A DNA stretch of 28,812 nt from Planctomycetota bacterium (lineage in GTDB: Bacteria; Planctomycetota; SZUA-567), in NCBI GenBank assembly GCA_031547475.1, contig JAVBRW010000421.1, forward strand, positions 1 through 28,812, in the 5' to 3' direction. Within the stretch, counting starts at the first letter, position 1. The number at the start of each line of letters is the position of its first letter. The notes under the pieces are model-generated. The model searched no databases and was not told the DNA's origin. It saw only the letters and a list, made by a program, of their open reading frames with translations. Position numbers and translations under genes: made by a program. Positions 26,216 through 28,812 of the stretch are shown one piece after another.

Positions 26216-26243
26216 AAAAACCGGCGCCCCGTTCGGGCGCCGG
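26216..26243 (-). terminator. Rho-independent terminator of the upstream minus-strand gene(s)
   Basis: 9-bp GC stem CCGGCGCCC/GGGCGCCGG with a 5-nt loop, followed on the minus strand by TTTTT. Confidence 0.8.
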
Positions 26244-26427
26244 ACCGGAATACATGCATCGGAACGGCAATTCCGCCGTACCCCTCAACCCAACTCAATC
26301 GCATCAAGCCGGTTTTGAATATAGTGGAACAACCCGCCCTGTTCGCAGATGGCGGCGATGAAATCGATAACATTGCGGGTTTTCCCGTACCGATGAGACC
26401 ATCAGCCGGATGGAGTTTGCGGAATCC

Positions 26428-27918
26428 TCAGCGCCAGCCGACGCTGAAATGCCCGGCGGCCGTGCGCTCGCCGTAGAAGTTGACGGCCTCGAACACCACC
26501 TTATAGGCGCCGTAATCGAAGTCCTCGACGTCGAGTTCCTTCCAGTACGAGCCTTTCCTGATATGTTCGTTCCGGCTGTCGATCAGCTTTTTCACCACCC
26601 TGCCGCGCTTGTCGTACACGGTCAGCTTGATCATGCTGTCCTGGTCGAGGGAATAGCGCACCTTGACGATCATCCGCCCGCCGCCAATCACCACATGCTC
26701 GGGCTCAAACGAAAGTTTGAGGTTGGGGATGCCGCGCTTCGCTTCCCGCCTGACCGGCTGTTTCGGCTGCGGCTTCGGCGCGGGAGGCTTCGGGGCCGGC
26801 GCGAGCGTCACCCGATTCGATTCGACAGCCGTCTCGTCGCCCGCCAGGGGCCGGACGACGGCCCGCAGCCAATGCGTTCCCGTCTCGTAGAACTCGAATT
26901 CCTCGGTGTCCACCCGTTTCCACGTGAATTCGTGCGTGCCCTTGGGGTACAGAATGGATGTCCTGCCCTCGACGCTTTCGCCTATCAGGTCGGTCTTGCC
27001 GTTGTCCGCCACGTGCCGGAGCTCGACGTATGCCGGCTGGTTCAGGGTCAGCGTGAAAGGCACGACGTCATCGTCCTTCACCTTCAGGTTCGCCGGCGCG
27101 TTCAGCTTCACCGCCGCCGCCAACTGCGGCGGCGCGGCCAGTTCGTACTCGAAGGTCAGCGTTTCCGATTCGCCCAGCGTGTTCTTGATGGCAATCCGGG
27201 TCGTATAGCGTCCGGGCTCGAGAGGCTTCTCGTCCTCGCCCATAAGGTCGGATCGCACTGTATGCTTGCCCGGCGACATGGGGCCTTCCCAGCGGGAGAC
27301 TTCGTTTCCTTCCGCGTCGGTATCGGTTATCTCGGCCAGGCCGAAGCCGGTGGAGGTGAAGGTCAAAGCCGGCGCGCCGCCGTACTCCAGCACCGCCTTG
27401 CGGGTGGAAATCGACGGATCCGACACGGTGGGCGGCGCCGAGACGACGTTCAGCGGGAAAATCGCCCCCATCAACAGTCCGCCGTAGCGCTCGCCCTTGA
27501 TGTTCATGAGCACCTTATAGGCGCCGTCCTTGACTCGCCTGCCTTCCCTGTCCTTTGCGTCCCAATTGAAGAGAACCGGGCCGGATCTTCTCACGCCGCC
27601 GCCAAGAATGGGGCTTATCTGGTTGAATTTGGAGTCCATGACCATAAAGGCGGTTTCCATCTTTTCCGGCTGGTCGCCATTCTCCGCCTCCCTGAACTCG
27701 AATTCCACCGCCGCCACCGGGATCTCGCCCTCCTGGCTGGCGTCCAGCCATTCCTCGACCAGGGCGATCTTGAGCGTGACATACTTGTTTTCGCCGAACT
27801 CGCCGCGCAAACAATTGCTTTTGATTCCTTCGGGGATCTCGGCCGCGCCGGCCACCCCCGGCATGAGCAAGATTGAAAGGAGAAACAGATGGGCCAATCC
27901 AAGCGAGCGCATTTTCAT
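26428..27918 (-). CDS. Secreted hypothetical protein with four FlgD-like Ig repeats
   Basis: 496 aa from MKMRSLGLAH after a GGAGAC RBS. Signal peptide ending VAGA, FNWDAKDREGRRVKDGAYKV, a Pro-rich linker, and C-terminal IKLTVYDKRGRVVKKL...GAYKVVFEA. Confidence 0.8.
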   Translation of the reverse strand: MKMRSLGLAHLFLLSILLMPGVAGAAEIPEGIKSNCLRGEFGENKYVTLKIALVEEWLDASQEGEIPVAAVEFEFREAENGDQPEKMETAFMVMDSKFNQISPILGGGVRRSGPVLFNWDAKDREGRRVKDGAYKVLMNIKGERYGGLLMGAIFPLNVVSAPPTVSDPSISTRKAVLEYGGAPALTFTSTGFGLAEITDTDAEGNEVSRWEGPMSPGKHTVRSDLMGEDEKPLEPGRYTTRIAIKNTLGESETLTFEYELAAPPQLAAAVKLNAPANLKVKDDDVVPFTLTLNQPAYVELRHVADNGKTDLIGESVEGRTSILYPKGTHEFTWKRVDTEEFEFYETGTHWLRAVVRPLAGDETAVESNRVTLAPAPKPPAPKPQPKQPVRREAKRGIPNLKLSFEPEHVVIGGGRMIVKVRYSLDQDSMIKLTVYDKRGRVVKKLIDSRNEHIRKGSYWKELDVEDFDYGAYKVVFEAVNFYGERTAAGHFSVGWR

Positions 27919-28243
27919 GGTGAGTCTCCGACTGCAAGGCGAAATTGTTGGCATGGAACTGCCGCCCAAGGGCATTTCCGGGCGGTCGAAAACAGAATAT
28001 GTGGTTTAGCCATGACCGTCAATGCGCAATGCCATTTTTGGAACCGGCGGCATATGGCGCAATGGCGGAGCGTTCGGTCAATCGGGTGAATGGCGCACTT
28101 TAGGTTCTGTCAGATAATAAATGAAGCACCGGGGCCTTTATCGAATGCGCTATAGCTGCGTTTCTATTGAAAAGGTGCTATAGTTATTTCCTGACAGGCC
28201 CTTACGCGTAGTCCACTCTCCTGCCCATGCATGATCTCCGGCC

Positions 28244-28812
28244 TCAATCTTCCGGCTCATACGAGGCGCGGAAGGCGGCAAGGTTGTTTTCATGGCTTGA
28301 AAGCGAGACGGAGCCCCGGTATTTCTTGCCCTTCCAGGTGAAAATCCTCTCCCGCTCCTGATCGGCCTGGATGTCGGGCTTTTTCCATCCCTTGCCTTCC
28401 AGCAGGCGGAAATAGGCGGCTATTCCCTTCTCGCCCATGCCGTGGCAGGTGAAGCGAACGGTGCCGCCGGCCTCCTCGTAGACGTCCATATCCACCTCCC
28501 GGTCCAGCCAGCAGTTTTGCGGCGGGACGATGTCGGGAGGCAGTTTCGCGGCCGGCCACACGGCGGCGTCCAGGTTTTCGTATTCGACGCGGAAGGCGGT
28601 CAACTTTCCCTCCCGCGAGTAGTTGGAGATCGCCGCCTTGTAGCGGCTCTTGCCGTTCCGGAAACGCTTTTCCATCGCGACGTCGCCGGAATAGTCTTCC
28701 AGGCGCTCCCATCCCTTGGACTGCAAAAGCGCATAGTATTCCTCTTCGCCGGCGTCGCCGAGGCCATAGCAGACGAAACGGAACCGGCCGTTCCTGGCGG
28801 AGATGTCGTCGG
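28244..28812 (-). CDS. Hypothetical protein with an internal tandem domain repeat, 5'-truncated by the window edge
   Basis: The frame is open from the window edge (DDISARNGRFRFVCYG...) to TGA at 28244-28246. The ORF-track start at 28726 is an internal Leu. Confidence 0.8.
   Translation of the reverse strand, partial: DDISARNGRFRFVCYGLGDAGEEEYYALLQSKGWERLEDYSGDVAMEKRFRNGKSRYKAAISNYSREGKLTAFRVEYENLDAAVWPAAKLPPDIVPPQNCWLDREVDMDVYEEAGGTVRFTCHGMGEKGIAAYFRLLEGKGWKKPDIQADQERERIFTWKGKKYRGSVSLSSHENNLAAFRASYEPED

Noticed and set aside
28021-28183. Short repeats GCGCAATG (x2) and GCTATAG (x2) upstream of the FlgD-like gene
   Set aside because: They are too short and irregularly spaced to distinguish from chance, and no well-spaced -35/-10 pair was found.
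1-28812. CRISPR array, tRNA, rRNA, integrase or transposase genes
   Set aside because: I saw no regularly spaced repeats, cloverleaf or rRNA signatures, or recombinase/transposase motifs in the window.

Overview
A GC-rich bacterial chromosomal window that is almost fully coding and has short AT-rich intergenic regions. Left edge: the 5' end (domain I) of a probable class C group II intron on the minus strand (1-156), inserted just after a stem-loop and followed by a 60-bp palindrome. Next are a class I mannose-6-phosphate isomerase, a large methyl-accepting chemotaxis protein and a 7TM diguanylate cyclase (all +). A minus-strand Fe3+/sugar-phosphate-family ABC importer follows, with two different ATPases. 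After a 670-bp regulatory gap come a short ModE divergent from modABC, with a ModE box. An 11-gene, ~11.4-kb minus-strand sugar-acid catabolic operon follows (LacI regulator, TRAP dctPQM, esterase, SDR, RraA-like aldolase, SAF plus UxaA-family dehydratase, SDR, uxaC, enolase-superfamily enzyme) with no KDG kinase or KDPG aldolase in it. The window ends with two uncharacterised proteins, a secreted four-repeat FlgD-Ig-like protein and a truncated protein with a tandem repeat. All assignments come from motif recognition by eye; no searches were run. Several start codons were moved downstream of the ORF-track starts using RBS or stop/start overlap evidence.
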